A model generated the notes under the pieces. It saw nothing but the letters and a program-made list of their open reading frames with translations. It was not told where the DNA came from and searched no databases. A stretch of 64,000 nt of DNA, from the NCBI GenBank assembly GCA_018814445.1, contig JAHIZV010000139.1:4342-68341 (forward strand). The letters run 5' to 3'. Of the stretch, positions 28,995 to 40,997 are shown piece by piece; within the stretch, counting starts at the first letter, position 1, and every line of letters begins with the position of its first letter. The DNA comes from Verrucomicrobiota bacterium. Lineage in GTDB: Bacteria > Verrucomicrobiota > Kiritimatiellia > JAHIZV01. A program made the position numbers and the translations under genes.

Positions 28995-30599
28995 TCAGCG
29001 CTTGTGCCTGCTGCTTCCTTCCGCGGACGTGCCTCCGAAAATGCGGCGTTTGGGTTGACTCAATCTGGCGGGAAGCCGCCATTCGGTACCTGCCAGCTTC
29101 TCTTCACGGGCATGCGCCTGCGAGATAAAGCGTTCCGTGATCTTCTGAGGAGATTCCTCAACGGTCTGTTCCAAGGGCTGGTCTATCTGAACAATAGCTG
29201 CTTCGACGGGTTCCTCGATGTCTTCCGGAAGAATATTCTCCTCGGTCGGAAGGATCATGATGGCCGGTTCTTCAGCTTCGCCCTTCACCGCCAGTTCCTC
29301 GCGGAAAGACTTCATCGCATCTTTCAGCTCGCGAATCTCCGCAGCCAGCTCACTCTTTTCTCTTTCCATCCGGGCTATCTCATTCTGATATTCTTTTTCG
29401 ATGCTCCTCTTCCGGGCCGCCTCCGTTTCCAGGCTGGCCTTCATCGCCGACAAATCGGCCTGCAGAGACTTAAGTGAATTTTCGTCCATCTTGGCCCTCC
29501 CAGCCTCCGCCTCAAGTTCAGTCACGCGCGCAGTCAACTGATCCCGCTCCGCCGCGGTCTTCCGGAGTTCTGCACCAATCTTCTCCGCCTCGACCCGCGC
29601 CTTCACCAGATCCTCTTCAGCGCTCTTTCCACGGACCTCCAGTTCCTTCTTCTCCCCCTCAAGCGCTTCTATCCGCGCGGGCGACGCCGCGATCTCCAGG
29701 CGAAGCTTCGCGATCTGTCTTTCACGGGCAAGCTGTTCTTCGACCAGCCGCGCCTTCTCCTCTTCCACGTTCTTAAGTTGTTTCGAGGAGGCTTTACTCA
29801 GGATCCCTGCTTCGGCGGCGGCCTTCTTTGCCTGTTCACAGTCATTGGCAAGTTCCCGGTTCTGCCGCTGAAGGCTTTCGACCTCGCTTTTCGCGGCAGC
29901 AAGCTCCTCGCCACCCGCCGCCTGGCTTGACGCCAGTTCCTCGTGCTTCGTCCGAAGTTCCTCCAGATCTTTCTTCGTCTTCTGAAGAGCGGACTTGATC
30001 TCGTCCAGCGCGCTCTGAGCGGTGGCAACGGCTTCATCCCGTTCTGCAATGACCTTGTCCCTGTCCGCCAATTCCAGAACTCTCTGTTTGATCTCCTTAT
30101 CCTTTGACGAGAGTTGCCGGCGGTACTCATCACTCTCAGCCAGAGACGACTTCGCCTGCGCCAGCTGTTCTCTCAACGCCACAAGCTCCTTTTCATCGAC
30201 CGGCGGCCGTGTCGGAGTCTGCGCGGCAGAGAGCTTCTCGATATGTTTGCGCGCCTTGTCCACCTCCGTCATCAGAAGAGGGAGCAAGGCATCAGCCATC
30301 GACACGTTGTCGCCGGTCCGCCGATTGGTAAGATGGAACGAGCGTTCAATTTCACCGTCCGACAACAGATTCTGAACCGCCAGCAAAGTGATTGGCCCGT
30401 ACGTGGTGGAGTCGTCGATATGCACGATCCATTCCATCTTGAGCGCCTCGTATTCGTACGCCGGCTCCCAGTTCTTCTGATCGAGAGACAACTCGTCCTC
30501 CGGCCCCACGCGGCCGTCCGCGGCCCAGAGGCGCAGTTCATCAAATCCTACGGGTCCATATACCGATGAATCGGATTTCTTGAGGTACCATTTACTCAT
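28995..30599 (-). CDS. DUF4339 (GYF-like) domain protein with long coiled-coil region
   Basis: Two WY..GPvg..EL..L DUF4339-like N-terminal repeats, then a ~350-aa heptad coiled coil (many EELR/ELEA repeats). Confidence 0.55.
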   Translation of the reverse strand: MSKWYLKKSDSSVYGPVGFDELRLWAADGRVGPEDELSLDQKNWEPAYEYEALKMEWIVHIDDSTTYGPITLLAVQNLLSDGEIERSFHLTNRRTGDNVSMADALLPLLMTEVDKARKHIEKLSAAQTPTRPPVDEKELVALREQLAQAKSSLAESDEYRRQLSSKDKEIKQRVLELADRDKVIAERDEAVATAQSALDEIKSALQKTKKDLEELRTKHEELASSQAAGGEELAAAKSEVESLQRQNRELANDCEQAKKAAAEAGILSKASSKQLKNVEEEKARLVEEQLARERQIAKLRLEIAASPARIEALEGEKKELEVRGKSAEEDLVKARVEAEKIGAELRKTAAERDQLTARVTELEAEAGRAKMDENSLKSLQADLSAMKASLETEAARKRSIEKEYQNEIARMEREKSELAAEIRELKDAMKSFREELAVKGEAEEPAIMILPTEENILPEDIEEPVEAAIVQIDQPLEQTVEESPQKITERFISQAHAREEKLAGTEWRLPARLSQPKRRIFGGTSAEGSSRHKR

Positions 30600-30702
30600 A
30601 AGATGGGCTTCCAGTTTCGACTTGAGCACCAATATAGGCGATGATCACTATTTAGATCAAATTGATATATGCCGGACGGCGCCGGATGTTAACAGGGAGT
30701 GC

Positions 30703-31377
30703 ATGTTGGATCCTCTCGCGAGTCAGAAACAGTGCGTTGCAGTTTTCTGTAAGTATCCTGCCGACGGCGAGGTAAAGACGCGACTGGCTGAGTCTATCGG
30801 AGACGCGGCGACAAACAGGCTCTACCGCGCCATGGTGAACAGGACCCTCGATATCTGCGGTCAGCTTCAACATCCGGCCGACACGCTGGTCTTCTGCGCT
30901 CCAAATGCGAAGGATGAAGCGTACGTCGAATGGCTTGGTGCGGACCACCGGTATCGCAGGCAGTCGGGACAGGATCTCGGTGAGCGCATGCTGAATGCGT
31001 TTGAACGGACAAGGGACGAGGGATACACGGCAACGGTGCTCGTCGGAACGGACTGCCCCGCCCTGACCCCCGCTCTGATCGAACAGGCATTCTGTGAACT
31101 GGATCTCCATGAAATCGTTCTGGGCCCTTCTCACGATGGCGGATACTACCTTATCGGCGAAGTCTCTCCGCATCCCGGACTCATGAGCGGCATCGCGTGG
31201 AGCACCGACGAGGTGTTGTCACAAACCCTGCAGAAACTGCAGGAGGCCGGCACGAGCTACGCAATGCTTGAACCCCTGCAGGATCTCGACAATATGGAAA
31301 ACCTCATTTTCTACAAGGATCTCGGTCTGCCCCACTTTGATGTTGAACGACTGCTGGCCGGGCTTTATTCGCTGTGA
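30703..31377 (+). CDS. DUF2064/TIGR04282-family glycosyltransferase-like protein
   Basis: VFCKYPADGEVKTRLA...LYRAMVNRTLD pattern typical of DUF2064. Confidence 0.6.
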   Translation: MLDPLASQKQCVAVFCKYPADGEVKTRLAESIGDAATNRLYRAMVNRTLDICGQLQHPADTLVFCAPNAKDEAYVEWLGADHRYRRQSGQDLGERMLNAFERTRDEGYTATVLVGTDCPALTPALIEQAFCELDLHEIVLGPSHDGGYYLIGEVSPHPGLMSGIAWSTDEVLSQTLQKLQEAGTSYAMLEPLQDLDNMENLIFYKDLGLPHFDVERLLAGLYSL

Positions 31378-31614
31378 TTTTCGTCGACATCGTCACACGG
31401 CAGTCGGCGCGCACCCATGGTGTGCGTGTTGTTCTGGCACGCGGCATCCTGGGGCTCACGCCCCAGGCTAACGTCGTGATGCCGCTCTGCGGCAACCATC
31501 CAAGCCGCATCGCGGCGGCAGACGATTTTCTCAATGTCACCGCAGTCCCTTCATAATTGCTTTTGATATTCCGGTCGCTTGCTGTAAATTACGGCAGACT
31601 ATAGACCTAAGATT

Positions 31615-32793
31615 ATGCGCTTTCTGCTATCAACGTTATGTATTGCAGTCCTTCTCGCGGCCGGCCCGGTTCAGGGACTGACTAACGGGGTCAGGCTGAC
31701 CCTTGACGTGAGCTCGGATCTCCTGGGTGAGAACTTCCACGATGACGAGGCCGTTTCGTTGGGGCCCAACGCAGCCGGCACCATGATCGATTTCACCGCC
31801 TACGGGGTGCCCGAACGGGTTGGTATCGACGCCCTGATGGTTTACAGTAATCGTGTCGTGTTCTCCGGCGATGTGGATTTCTATACGAACGCCGAATACC
31901 ACGCGGATGAAGATCTGCTCGACCTCAATGTCACCGGCGGAACATTCACGGCTTTCTGGAACGGAGACTACGCGGGTATTCCCCGGGCCGCCGACGTTGA
32001 CGCCGCGTGTTTTGTGACGCCCGGCGGACAGTTCCTATTCTCCATCGATATCACGACGGAACTGCCGGGCGCGGGCACGGTCACGGACGACGACGTCATC
32101 AGGTGGAACGGAGCTTTCAGCAAAGCCTACGACGGGCAGACAAATCTCTCCATCCCCCCCGCCGCCGACATCGACGGTCTGTATCTCGGCACCAACAACG
32201 TACTCTACTTCTCTCTCGATACCACAGCCACCATCAACGGCTACACCGGGCAGGACGAAGACGTGTGGGCCTACGACATAGGGTCCGCGATTGTTACTCT
32301 CGCTGTCGACTATGACTCCCTCCGGACCGGCGCAGATGTCGTGGGCCTCGACAAAGCGACTGACAGCGACAGTGACTGGCTGACTGATTTTGAGGAAATC
32401 ACGGGTCTTGATGAACCCGGAATTACGATTCCGGGAACCGCCACACCGGTCGATCCCGAAGGCAGTACGTCCAATCCGAATGACAACGATACGGATGACG
32501 ACGGAGCTTCGGACGGTGAAGAAGCCGTCGCCGGCACGAATCCCCGGGACGGCAGTGACCTTCTGAAGATCACGCAGATCGATCGGGGGAGTCTGACAAA
32601 CCTCGTGGCCTGGTCAACCAAGACAAACCGCACCTACATTCTCGAAGCCACTACAAATCTGGTGACCACCCAATTCGCGCCTGTCGAGACCAGCATCGTC
32701 CCCGTGCCCGGCAGCACCAATACGGTCAGAAAACACCTGACCGGCAACACGAATGTGGCGGTGTACCGAGTGCGAGTACAGACGTCGCCGTAG
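31615..32793 (+). CDS. Secreted protein with thrombospondin type-3-like (Asp-rich calcium-binding) repeats
   Basis: Signal peptide; DSDSDW..D, NPNDNDTDDDGASDGEE, NPRDGSD repeats. Confidence 0.55.
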   Translation: MRFLLSTLCIAVLLAAGPVQGLTNGVRLTLDVSSDLLGENFHDDEAVSLGPNAAGTMIDFTAYGVPERVGIDALMVYSNRVVFSGDVDFYTNAEYHADEDLLDLNVTGGTFTAFWNGDYAGIPRAADVDAACFVTPGGQFLFSIDITTELPGAGTVTDDDVIRWNGAFSKAYDGQTNLSIPPAADIDGLYLGTNNVLYFSLDTTATINGYTGQDEDVWAYDIGSAIVTLAVDYDSLRTGADVVGLDKATDSDSDWLTDFEEITGLDEPGITIPGTATPVDPEGSTSNPNDNDTDDDGASDGEEAVAGTNPRDGSDLLKITQIDRGSLTNLVAWSTKTNRTYILEATTNLVTTQFAPVETSIVPVPGSTNTVRKHLTGNTNVAVYRVRVQTSP

Positions 32794-32922
32794 AAGAAGG
32801 TTTTGGGTGTTCGGTGTTCGGTGTTCGGTTGAGATAACTGCTTATTCAACCATCCCCCATCAACCATCAACTATGGGTGGTTCTGTCGGGCGGCAATCCA
32901 TGGGTGGCGAATTGGGGGGAGT

Positions 32923-32997
32923 TGGCTCCGGCGGTAGGGCTCGAACCTACGACCTAGTGGTTAACAGCCACCCGCTCTACCATTGAGCTACGCCGGA
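32923..32997 (-). tRNA. tRNA-Asn (GTT)
   Basis: Folded by hand: acceptor UCCGGCG/CGCCGGA, D arm GCUC-AAUGGUA-GAGC, anticodon loop CUGUUAA, T loop UUCGAGC, encoded CCA. Confidence 0.85.
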
Positions 32998-33058
32998 ACA
33001 GGATGAACTCCGAGAAGATAATGATGCAGGAACCTAAGTCAAGTCCGGGATTCTTCTT

Positions 33059-33652
33059 TCACATCTCTGTCCGGCCCTCGATTGCGCGGGAAAGAGTGAC
33101 GGAATCGGAATAGGCCAGGCCGCTGCCTGCCGGAATGCCCAGAGCCAGCCTGGTTACACGGACTTTAAGCCTCGAAAGGACGTCACGCAGGTAGCTTGCC
33201 GTCGCATCGCTTTCGACATCAGAATTCAGAGCTAAAATGATCTCTTTGAAGCCTTCTTCGCGAACGCGCCTGATCAGCGCCTCGACGCGAATGTCTTCAA
33301 TGCCTTTCTGGTTCATCGGAGAAATCTTGCCCATCAGGGCATGGTATCTGCCGCGATACCCTCCCGTTCTCTCGACCAGGGAAATGTCCGATGGTCCCTC
33401 GACGACACAGAGTACGGAATCATCGCGAGAGGGATCGGTGCACAGGCGGCAGGGATCTTTGTCGACCCGGGTGATGTTCCCGCATTTCGAACAGCACCGC
33501 AGTGACGCCCTGGCATCCTCCAGCGCCGCGATCAGTTCAGGAACGAGTTTCTCCGACTCCATGACAAGCCGCAGCGCCATCCGCTCAGCGGAACGCCAAC
33601 CGATGCCCGGCAATCGGCCCAGAGCCTTGATTAGTCTTTCGAGAGAATCCAT
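33059..33652 (-). CDS. recR: Recombination protein RecR
   Basis: LPGIG...zinc finger C-x2-C...C-x2-C, Toprim; start at MDSLERL (the upstream Met codons lie in the heptamer repeat). Confidence 0.85.
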   Translation of the reverse strand: MDSLERLIKALGRLPGIGWRSAERMALRLVMESEKLVPELIAALEDARASLRCCSKCGNITRVDKDPCRLCTDPSRDDSVLCVVEGPSDISLVERTGGYRGRYHALMGKISPMNQKGIEDIRVEALIRRVREEGFKEIILALNSDVESDATASYLRDVLSRLKVRVTRLALGIPAGSGLAYSDSVTLSRAIEGRTEM

Positions 33653-33655
33653 AAG

Positions 33656-33749
33656 AAACATCGAACATCGAACACCAAACATCAAACAGCGAACAGCGAA
33701 CGTTTTCCGGATTCGGAATTCGATGTTCGATGTTCAGAGTTCGATGTTC
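33656..33749. repeat. Inverted pair of heptamer tandem arrays (AACATCG x3... / ...TTCGATG x3) between ybaB and recR
   Basis: Read directly from the sequence. Confidence 0.8.
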
Positions 33750-34067
33750 CTACAAGCCCATCCCCGGCGGAAGTCCCATTCCCTGAGTGAGCTTGCCCAT
33801 CTCCTCCGCGGCCATGTCTTTAGCGGCCAACAGAGCTCCGTCCACGGCCGTTGTTACCAGGTCTTCCAGCATTTCGACGTCGTCAGGATCGACACATTGG
33901 GGATCAATCTTGATCGAAGCAATCGTCATGTCTCCTCTCGCCACCGCCGTGACCATGCCGCCGCCGCTCGTAAATTCTACCGTCTTGTCGGCAAGTTCCG
34001 CCTGCATCTTCTGCGCATTCTTCTGCATTTCAGCGGCCTGCTTCATCAGCTTCATCATATTAACCAT
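33750..34067 (-). CDS. ybaB: Nucleoid-associated protein YbaB/EbfC
   Basis: 105 aa, typical YbaB sequence, sits between dnaX and recR. Confidence 0.85.
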   Translation of the reverse strand: MVNMMKLMKQAAEMQKNAQKMQAELADKTVEFTSGGGMVTAVARGDMTIASIKIDPQCVDPDDVEMLEDLVTTAVDGALLAAKDMAAEEMGKLTQGMGLPPGMGL

Positions 34068-34159
34068 AAAGGCCTCTCATTAACCCGATCCCGGATTCCG
34101 GTTTCCGGATGTCGGATCGCGCCTGTTCCATCCGGCATCTGGAATCGGGCATCCGACAT

Positions 34160-35863
<1,704 letters not shown>

Positions 35864-35882
35864 GTCGCTTCGCTCCATTCAT

Positions 35883-35958
35883 GAATGGGGGATTGGGAGA
35901 AAGGGGGAAAGGGAGATCGCCCTCTCTTCCATTCACCCATTCTCCCACTCTCACTTCT
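35883..35958. repeat. G/A-rich 'AATGGGAGAAAGGGGGAAAGGGAGA' palindromic element (family also at 37183-37220 and 41363-41418)
   Basis: Three copies in the window, all at gene 3' ends or flanks; each contains an inverted GAATGGGAG/CTCCCATTC stem. Confidence 0.7.
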
Positions 35959-36009
35959 CCGCCCCGGGCGGAAAAGTGGTCGTGCACCCTTGTTCGTCCG
36001 ATCGATCAA

Positions 36010-36140
36010 AAACCGACGATCCCTGTTCAGACTCTGACCAGGTAGACCTACGGCACCCGAATATCATGACTTACCGCTGCTACCTTCCGGTCCTGACGGG
36101 GTTCACCAGCACTCGTCGCATAGGGCCCAGTCGTCAACGC
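36010..36140 (-). ncRNA. ffs: Signal recognition particle RNA (4.5S/ffs-like), approximate ends
   Basis: Minus-strand GUGCUGGUGAACCCCGUCAGGACCGGAAGGUAGCAGCGG matches the conserved SRP RNA domain-IV motif; canonical position upstream of dnaX; U-run at ~36008-36014. Confidence 0.6.
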
Positions 36141-36293
36141 CATTCCAGGAGGCCGATCCAGAATCTCACAGCCTCACGCGGGAATTAAACCCTGCTATAG
36201 CGGGTTGCAGGTCTTCCGCCAAGGCGGAATCAGGGCACCGCTACCTCCCCGTCTAGCACGACCAAGGGAGAGCCTACCCTCGGAGGGCAGGCA

Positions 36294-36409
36294 GTTCAAA
36301 GTCTAAAGTTCAACGTTCAAAGCCTTTCAAAGTTCGATGTTTGATGTTCGGTGTTCTGCGGTGCCTTTTTCCTCGCATCGGGCACCCGGTATCTGGTATC
36401 CGGTATCGG
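36294..36409. repeat. Composite heptamer arrays (GTTCAAA, TTCGATG, then GGTATCN x3) ending 3 nt before the surE start
   Basis: Read directly from the sequence. Confidence 0.8.
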
Positions 36410-36411
36410 TC

Positions 36412-37164
36412 ATGCGAATCCTCCTCTCCAACGACGACGGCATTCACGCCCCCGGCATCCGGGCGCTTTACGATGCCGTGAAGGATCTCGGCGATGTATT
36501 TGTCGTCGCCCCGAGCGTCGAGCAGAGCGCGGTGGGTCACGCGATCACGGTTTTCGATCCCATCAAGTGCAAACGCATCACCAAGGACGGGGCTTTTGAA
36601 GGATATGCCGTGGGCGGGACGCCGGCCGACTGTATCAAGCTGGCCGTCACGGAGATTCTGGACGGACCTCCTGATCTCGTGCTGAGCGGCATCAACCTCG
36701 GGCCGAACACGGGCATCAGCGTCATCTACTCCGGGACGGTGTCGGCGGCCACCGAAGGTACGGTCCTCGGCATTCCCAGCATCGCGTTTTCACTCGACAC
36801 CTTCAGCGAGCCGCGTTGGGACACGGCCGCCGCGATCGCCAGAAAAATCGTGATCGGCTCCCGGGAGAACGGTATTCCGGATGAGACTCTTCTCAATGTG
36901 AACATTCCTAATCTGCCACTTGACGAGATCAAAGGCTGTGCGGTCACACTCATGGGAAGATCGCGATGGATAGAGAAGTTCCACAAACGCAACGACCCGC
37001 GCGGCAATCATTACTTCTGGCTGGATGGAGAGATGGAGCAGTTGGACAATTCGGAAGGAACGGACATCCGCGCCGTTGCCGACGGCTTCGTTTCCATTAC
37101 CCCCATTGGTCTCGACCTCACGCGATATGAGGCAGTTGAAGAGCTTCAGAAGTGGGAACTCTAG
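36412..37164 (+). CDS. surE: 5'/3'-nucleotidase SurE
   Basis: MRILLSNDDGIHAPGI N-terminus; the heptamer array GGTATCN x3 ends 3 nt before the ATG. Confidence 0.85.
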   Translation: MRILLSNDDGIHAPGIRALYDAVKDLGDVFVVAPSVEQSAVGHAITVFDPIKCKRITKDGAFEGYAVGGTPADCIKLAVTEILDGPPDLVLSGINLGPNTGISVIYSGTVSAATEGTVLGIPSIAFSLDTFSEPRWDTAAAIARKIVIGSRENGIPDETLLNVNIPNLPLDEIKGCAVTLMGRSRWIEKFHKRNDPRGNHYFWLDGEMEQLDNSEGTDIRAVADGFVSITPIGLDLTRYEAVEELQKWEL

Positions 37165-37357
37165 CGGCGAAGCCGCTAGAGCGGGAATGGGAGAAAGGGA
37201 GAGCAGGCGAATGGGAGCCCGAAGATGCCCGCCATACCCATTCAACCATTAACCATCGACCATGGTGCAGTCGGCGTACATGGGGATGATTTCTTCCGAT
37301 ATTGGAAGTTGAGAGTTCGATGTTCGTTGTTCGATGTTTCGCGGTCGACGGCCGCGG

Positions 37358-38077
37358 CTACAGCCCCTTAATCACGCTTTCCTCTGCCCTGCGGATCGCG
37401 TCGTAGAGTTCCGCCGGATCATCGCTCTCCCGAAGCTTCACCAGCAGATCCGTGTTGTGGCACATCATGCAAAGACGGGCCAGAACGTGGAGATGTATCT
37501 TGTCGTCCTGACAGCAGATGAGAAAGAAAATGTCGGTCGTCCTGCCGTCGGGCGCGCCGAATGGAAGAGCCTGAATCGTGCGCCCCAGAACCACAAACGA
37601 GTCCTCGAAGGTGTACGGATCGTGGTGCCGCGGATGCAGCATAGCCACTCCTCCCTCCAGGGCAGTCGAGTACAGCGCCTCGCGGTCCCGCAAACCTGCC
37701 AGCAGATCTTCCGGATGGATCAGAAGATCCGTTTTCGCCGCAAGGTCAGACATCGCGCGCAGAAGAGCTGGCTTGGTCCGTGACACGATCTGTGGATCAA
37801 TAAATTGCGGCTGCATCAGTTCGGTGACAATGGCTGCGTCGCGGGAGAGGTTATGCACCTTCGCCGAGGTCACCTTGTGGTAGTCCGTGAGATCCCTCTC
37901 AGAGAACCCCATAATGCGTTGAGACGCCCACGCATCCAGCTCGCGCTTTCGGAAAACCACACGGTCCCCCATCCGTTCAAACGGAATTTCCCCTCGTTTG
38001 ACAAGTTGCTCGATGTCGACGGACTTGACGTGCAAGTACTCCGCCGCCGAATCTACGCTGAACATTTGATGTGGCAT
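37358..38077 (-). CDS. Excisionase/MerR-type HTH plus PTS EIIA type-2 (PtsN-like) domain protein
   Basis: N-terminal AEYLHVKSVDIEQLVKRGEIP HTH; C-terminal GGVAMLHPRH EIIA-2 phospho-His motif. Confidence 0.6.
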   Translation of the reverse strand: MPHQMFSVDSAAEYLHVKSVDIEQLVKRGEIPFERMGDRVVFRKRELDAWASQRIMGFSERDLTDYHKVTSAKVHNLSRDAAIVTELMQPQFIDPQIVSRTKPALLRAMSDLAAKTDLLIHPEDLLAGLRDREALYSTALEGGVAMLHPRHHDPYTFEDSFVVLGRTIQALPFGAPDGRTTDIFFLICCQDDKIHLHVLARLCMMCHNTDLLVKLRESDDPAELYDAIRRAEESVIKGL

Positions 38078-38243
38078 CGCTGTGATCGTCCGGTAAGACG
38101 CTCTTTTACCCTATGGTGCGGTTTTGGCAAGACTAAGCACGGGGTATGAAGAAGGGCTCGAACGTCGGGGTCAGATCCAGGCGAGTCCTTTTCACACCTT
38201 GACTTTGGTGTACACCTTCCTAATATTCTCGCCCTTTCTACGT

Positions 38244-38319
38244 GGCCAACGTAGCTCAGTTGGTAGAGCAGCTCACTCGTAATGAGCAGGTCGTCGGTTC
38301 GAATCCGACCGTTGGCTCC
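38244..38319 (+). tRNA. tRNA-Thr (CGT)
   Basis: Folded by hand: acceptor GCCAACG/CGUUGGC, anticodon stem-loop GCUCA-CUCGUAA-UGAGC, T loop UUCGAAU, CCA encoded. Confidence 0.85.
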
Positions 38320-38428
38320 AGTCTTCGCAACCAGCACAGGAAACCCAGCGCTCGTTGACTACGGCTTGGCATGCCCTTCTCCCGGAAGTCATCCGGCATC
38401 AGGCTTCCGGATACCGGCATCGGCGGAG

Positions 38429-39310
38429 CTACTCAATCGCTTCCCGCAGGGCTTCTTGAATTCCAACGGGCTCATCCGGCGCGCTTTGCGGTTCCGGGCG
38501 AACGACGGGCCTGGTCAGGCGTCCCGGATCGTACCCCATAACGATGTGGCTTTCACCTTCACTCAAGAGCTCGACTCTCACCTGCTCAAGTAGCTCCCCA
38601 CGCGGCTTCTGGAGAGTCTTGATGCTGAGATCGTAGTGCATCATCTGGCGCCGCGGAAGACTTACGGAGCTTATGACAAGTTCAAACCCGTCCATGGCAG
38701 CCAGCGTTGCTCCTTCTGCCGTCCGCCAGCGCACCTTGCCGTCCTGAATCGTGACCCGCGTCACCGGCGGCACCTTGGCCTGCGCCCTGCCGCTTTCCTC
38801 TTCGCGCGATGCGGCTGAATCCTCGCCCCCTCCGCCTTGCACTTGATCCGGCACTCCGACCCACTCGGTTAACCTTTCACCGGCTTTTCCAAGGATCTCA
38901 GGCAGCCACTGCCCCCGTCCGTTCGGCACCAGCGACAAAGCAAATCCTGACAGACTGAGCGAATCGAGTGCGAACTCCCGGCCCAGGAAGATTCGGCTGA
39001 AGTCAAAGTTGGCGTTCAACATCTCGGCCGTCACGGAAGGAGCGGTCTTCTTTTCACTATCCTTGCTGCTCACACCCTTCAATTGAAGGACCAATGCCGG
39101 AGACAATTGCGCTTCTTCAACAGTGATGTCCAGACCGAGTGACTCGCTGAGACGGTCTTCGATCAGGTAAAGGAATCCATCAGTTCTGGCGATCAACTGC
39201 GCGGCCACATAGAGCACGGCGAAGATGATCAGAACCGTCAGCGACAAGCGGAAGTAACTGTCCGCAATTCGTCCGCGTTTGCTCTCTTCCCGCTTTTTCC
39301 GGTGCGACAT
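38429..39310 (-). CDS. Hypothetical membrane protein (single TM, basic N-terminus)
   Basis: TM LSLTVLIIFAVLYVAA; no recognisable domain; start at MSHRKKRE overlapping the proC stop. Confidence 0.4.
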   Translation of the reverse strand: MSHRKKREESKRGRIADSYFRLSLTVLIIFAVLYVAAQLIARTDGFLYLIEDRLSESLGLDITVEEAQLSPALVLQLKGVSSKDSEKKTAPSVTAEMLNANFDFSRIFLGREFALDSLSLSGFALSLVPNGRGQWLPEILGKAGERLTEWVGVPDQVQGGGGEDSAASREEESGRAQAKVPPVTRVTIQDGKVRWRTAEGATLAAMDGFELVISSVSLPRRQMMHYDLSIKTLQKPRGELLEQVRVELLSEGESHIVMGYDPGRLTRPVVRPEPQSAPDEPVGIQEALREAIE

Positions 39311-39311
39311 A

Positions 39312-40130
39312 TCAGCTTCCCGAGAGTTCTTTGGATCTGTGTTCCGCTGCTTTAACGGCGTTGACGATGGCCTCTCCGACTCCGCTCTTCTCAAATACGG
39401 CCACGGCGGCGGCCGTGGTCCCGCCTTTCGACGTGACACGGGCCCTCAAATCCTCGGCACTCGATCCCGATTCGCTCATCAGCTTCGCGGCCCCCTGGAC
39501 AGTAGCCAGAACAAGGCCCCTGGCCGTGTCAGCGTCCATGCCTAATTCATCAGCGGCCTTGAGCATGTGCTCGATCAGGTAGAACACATAGGCCGGGCCG
39601 CTTCCGCTCAGCGCAGTGACGGCATCCATCGCATCCTCGTCAACTCGCACGACGATACCGACAGAGCCGAGCAGCTTCTCCGCGACGGCCAGGTCGTCAT
39701 CTGTCGCACGCGAGCCGGACGCTATAGCCGCCGCGCCGAGCCCGACGAGCGCAGGCGTATTCGGCATGACGCGAACAAGACGAATCCTGTCGCCAAGAGC
39801 CGATTCAAAGACCGTGCTTCGCAGTCCTGCGGCAATACTGATCACAAGTGTTTTCTCGCCGATCGCGCCGCGAAGTTCATCAAGGACCTCGGTCATGACC
39901 TGCGGCTTGACGGCCAGCACAACGATATCCTTCCCATCGACTGCTTTGCGATTGTCTGTCTCCGTCCCGACGCCGAATTTTTCACGGAAGATCGCCAGAC
40001 GGGCTTCCGCGATATCCGTAACAACAATATTGGCCGCGGGGCATACGCCTTTGCTGACGATGCCGCTGACGAGCGCCTCCGCCATGTTGCCCGCGCCGAT
40101 GAAGCAGATGGTTGATGGTTGATGGTTCAT
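39312..40130 (-). CDS. proC: Pyrroline-5-carboxylate reductase ProC
   Basis: ICFIGAGNMAEAL Rossmann N-terminus and P5CR fold; codons 2-8 are encoded by an AACCATC x3 repeat. Confidence 0.85.
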   Translation of the reverse strand: MNHQPSTICFIGAGNMAEALVSGIVSKGVCPAANIVVTDIAEARLAIFREKFGVGTETDNRKAVDGKDIVVLAVKPQVMTEVLDELRGAIGEKTLVISIAAGLRSTVFESALGDRIRLVRVMPNTPALVGLGAAAIASGSRATDDDLAVAEKLLGSVGIVVRVDEDAMDAVTALSGSGPAYVFYLIEHMLKAADELGMDADTARGLVLATVQGAAKLMSESGSSAEDLRARVTSKGGTTAAAVAVFEKSGVGEAIVNAVKAAEHRSKELSGS

Positions 40131-40165
40131 GGTTCAGATTCCGGGTTTCGGGTTTCGGGTTTCAG
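40107..40165. repeat. Heptamer arrays spanning the proC start: GGGTTTC x3 upstream and GGTTGAT x3 inside the first codons
   Basis: Read directly from the sequence. Confidence 0.8.
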
Positions 40166-40227
40166 AGAAGAGCGTGGTCCAGCATCCCATCATGTATCTC
40201 CCTGTGCCCATGTCTTCGCAGTAAAGA

Positions 40228-40917
40228 TCATCCTCTCCTCGGACCAAACAAGTCCGTGCCGACGCGAATATATGTCGCGCCTTCTTCGATGGCGACTTCG
40301 AAATCGTGCGACATCCCCATCGAAAGGTCAGCCAATGGAAAACCCCATTCCGTTTCACAACGTGTCTTCAATCCGGCAAGCTCGCGAAAGTGTCCACGCG
40401 CTTTTTCCGGGTCATCCGACCAGGGAGGCATAGTCATCAGCCCGCGCACCTCTATGTGCGGGCAGTTGACCGTTGATTCGAGCAGGTCCTGCAGATCGTC
40501 GGGATTCACCCCGAACTTCGCCGGCTCGCCGGAGACGTTCACCTCCACGAAGATCGGCATGATCTTGCCCAACTCCGCACAGGCCGCTTCAACGGATTCG
40601 AGCAGGAGGACGGAGTCGACGGAATGAATCATGTCGAACACGCGCACGGCCCGCCTTACCTTGTTCCGCTGGAGGTGACCGATAAGATGCCATGTGATCT
40701 GTCCCGGACAACGCGGAATTTTCGCCTCTGCTTCCTGGACCTTGCTCTCACCAAAGACGATCAGCCCGCAATCAGCCGCTTCGGCAATCTCCTCGGGTCC
40801 GCGCGTCTTGGAGACTGCCACCAGTGTTATGCAGGACGGATCACGGCCGCATCTCCCGCATGCGCTGTTGATGCGTGCCTGTACGGCAGTCCATCTTTCC
40901 TCAAACGACGTCTCCAT
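40228..40917 (-). CDS. YggS-family PLP homeostasis protein (alanine racemase N-terminal fold)
   Basis: 229 aa, LVAVSKT PLP-Lys motif. Confidence 0.8.
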   Translation of the reverse strand: METSFEERWTAVQARINSACGRCGRDPSCITLVAVSKTRGPEEIAEAADCGLIVFGESKVQEAEAKIPRCPGQITWHLIGHLQRNKVRRAVRVFDMIHSVDSVLLLESVEAACAELGKIMPIFVEVNVSGEPAKFGVNPDDLQDLLESTVNCPHIEVRGLMTMPPWSDDPEKARGHFRELAGLKTRCETEWGFPLADLSMGMSHDFEVAIEEGATYIRVGTDLFGPRRG

Positions 40918-40997
40918 ACGTTCATACTTCCAGACATTGGAAGTTCATGGCGAGAAATTTCCGAACCTTGGAAGCAAAGCAAGTGTTGAGTCAGGGG

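Noticed and set aside
37162-37180. Perfect hairpin ctagcggcgaagccgctag after surE as an intrinsic terminator
   Set aside because: No downstream U-tract; noted only as part of the G/A-rich element finding.
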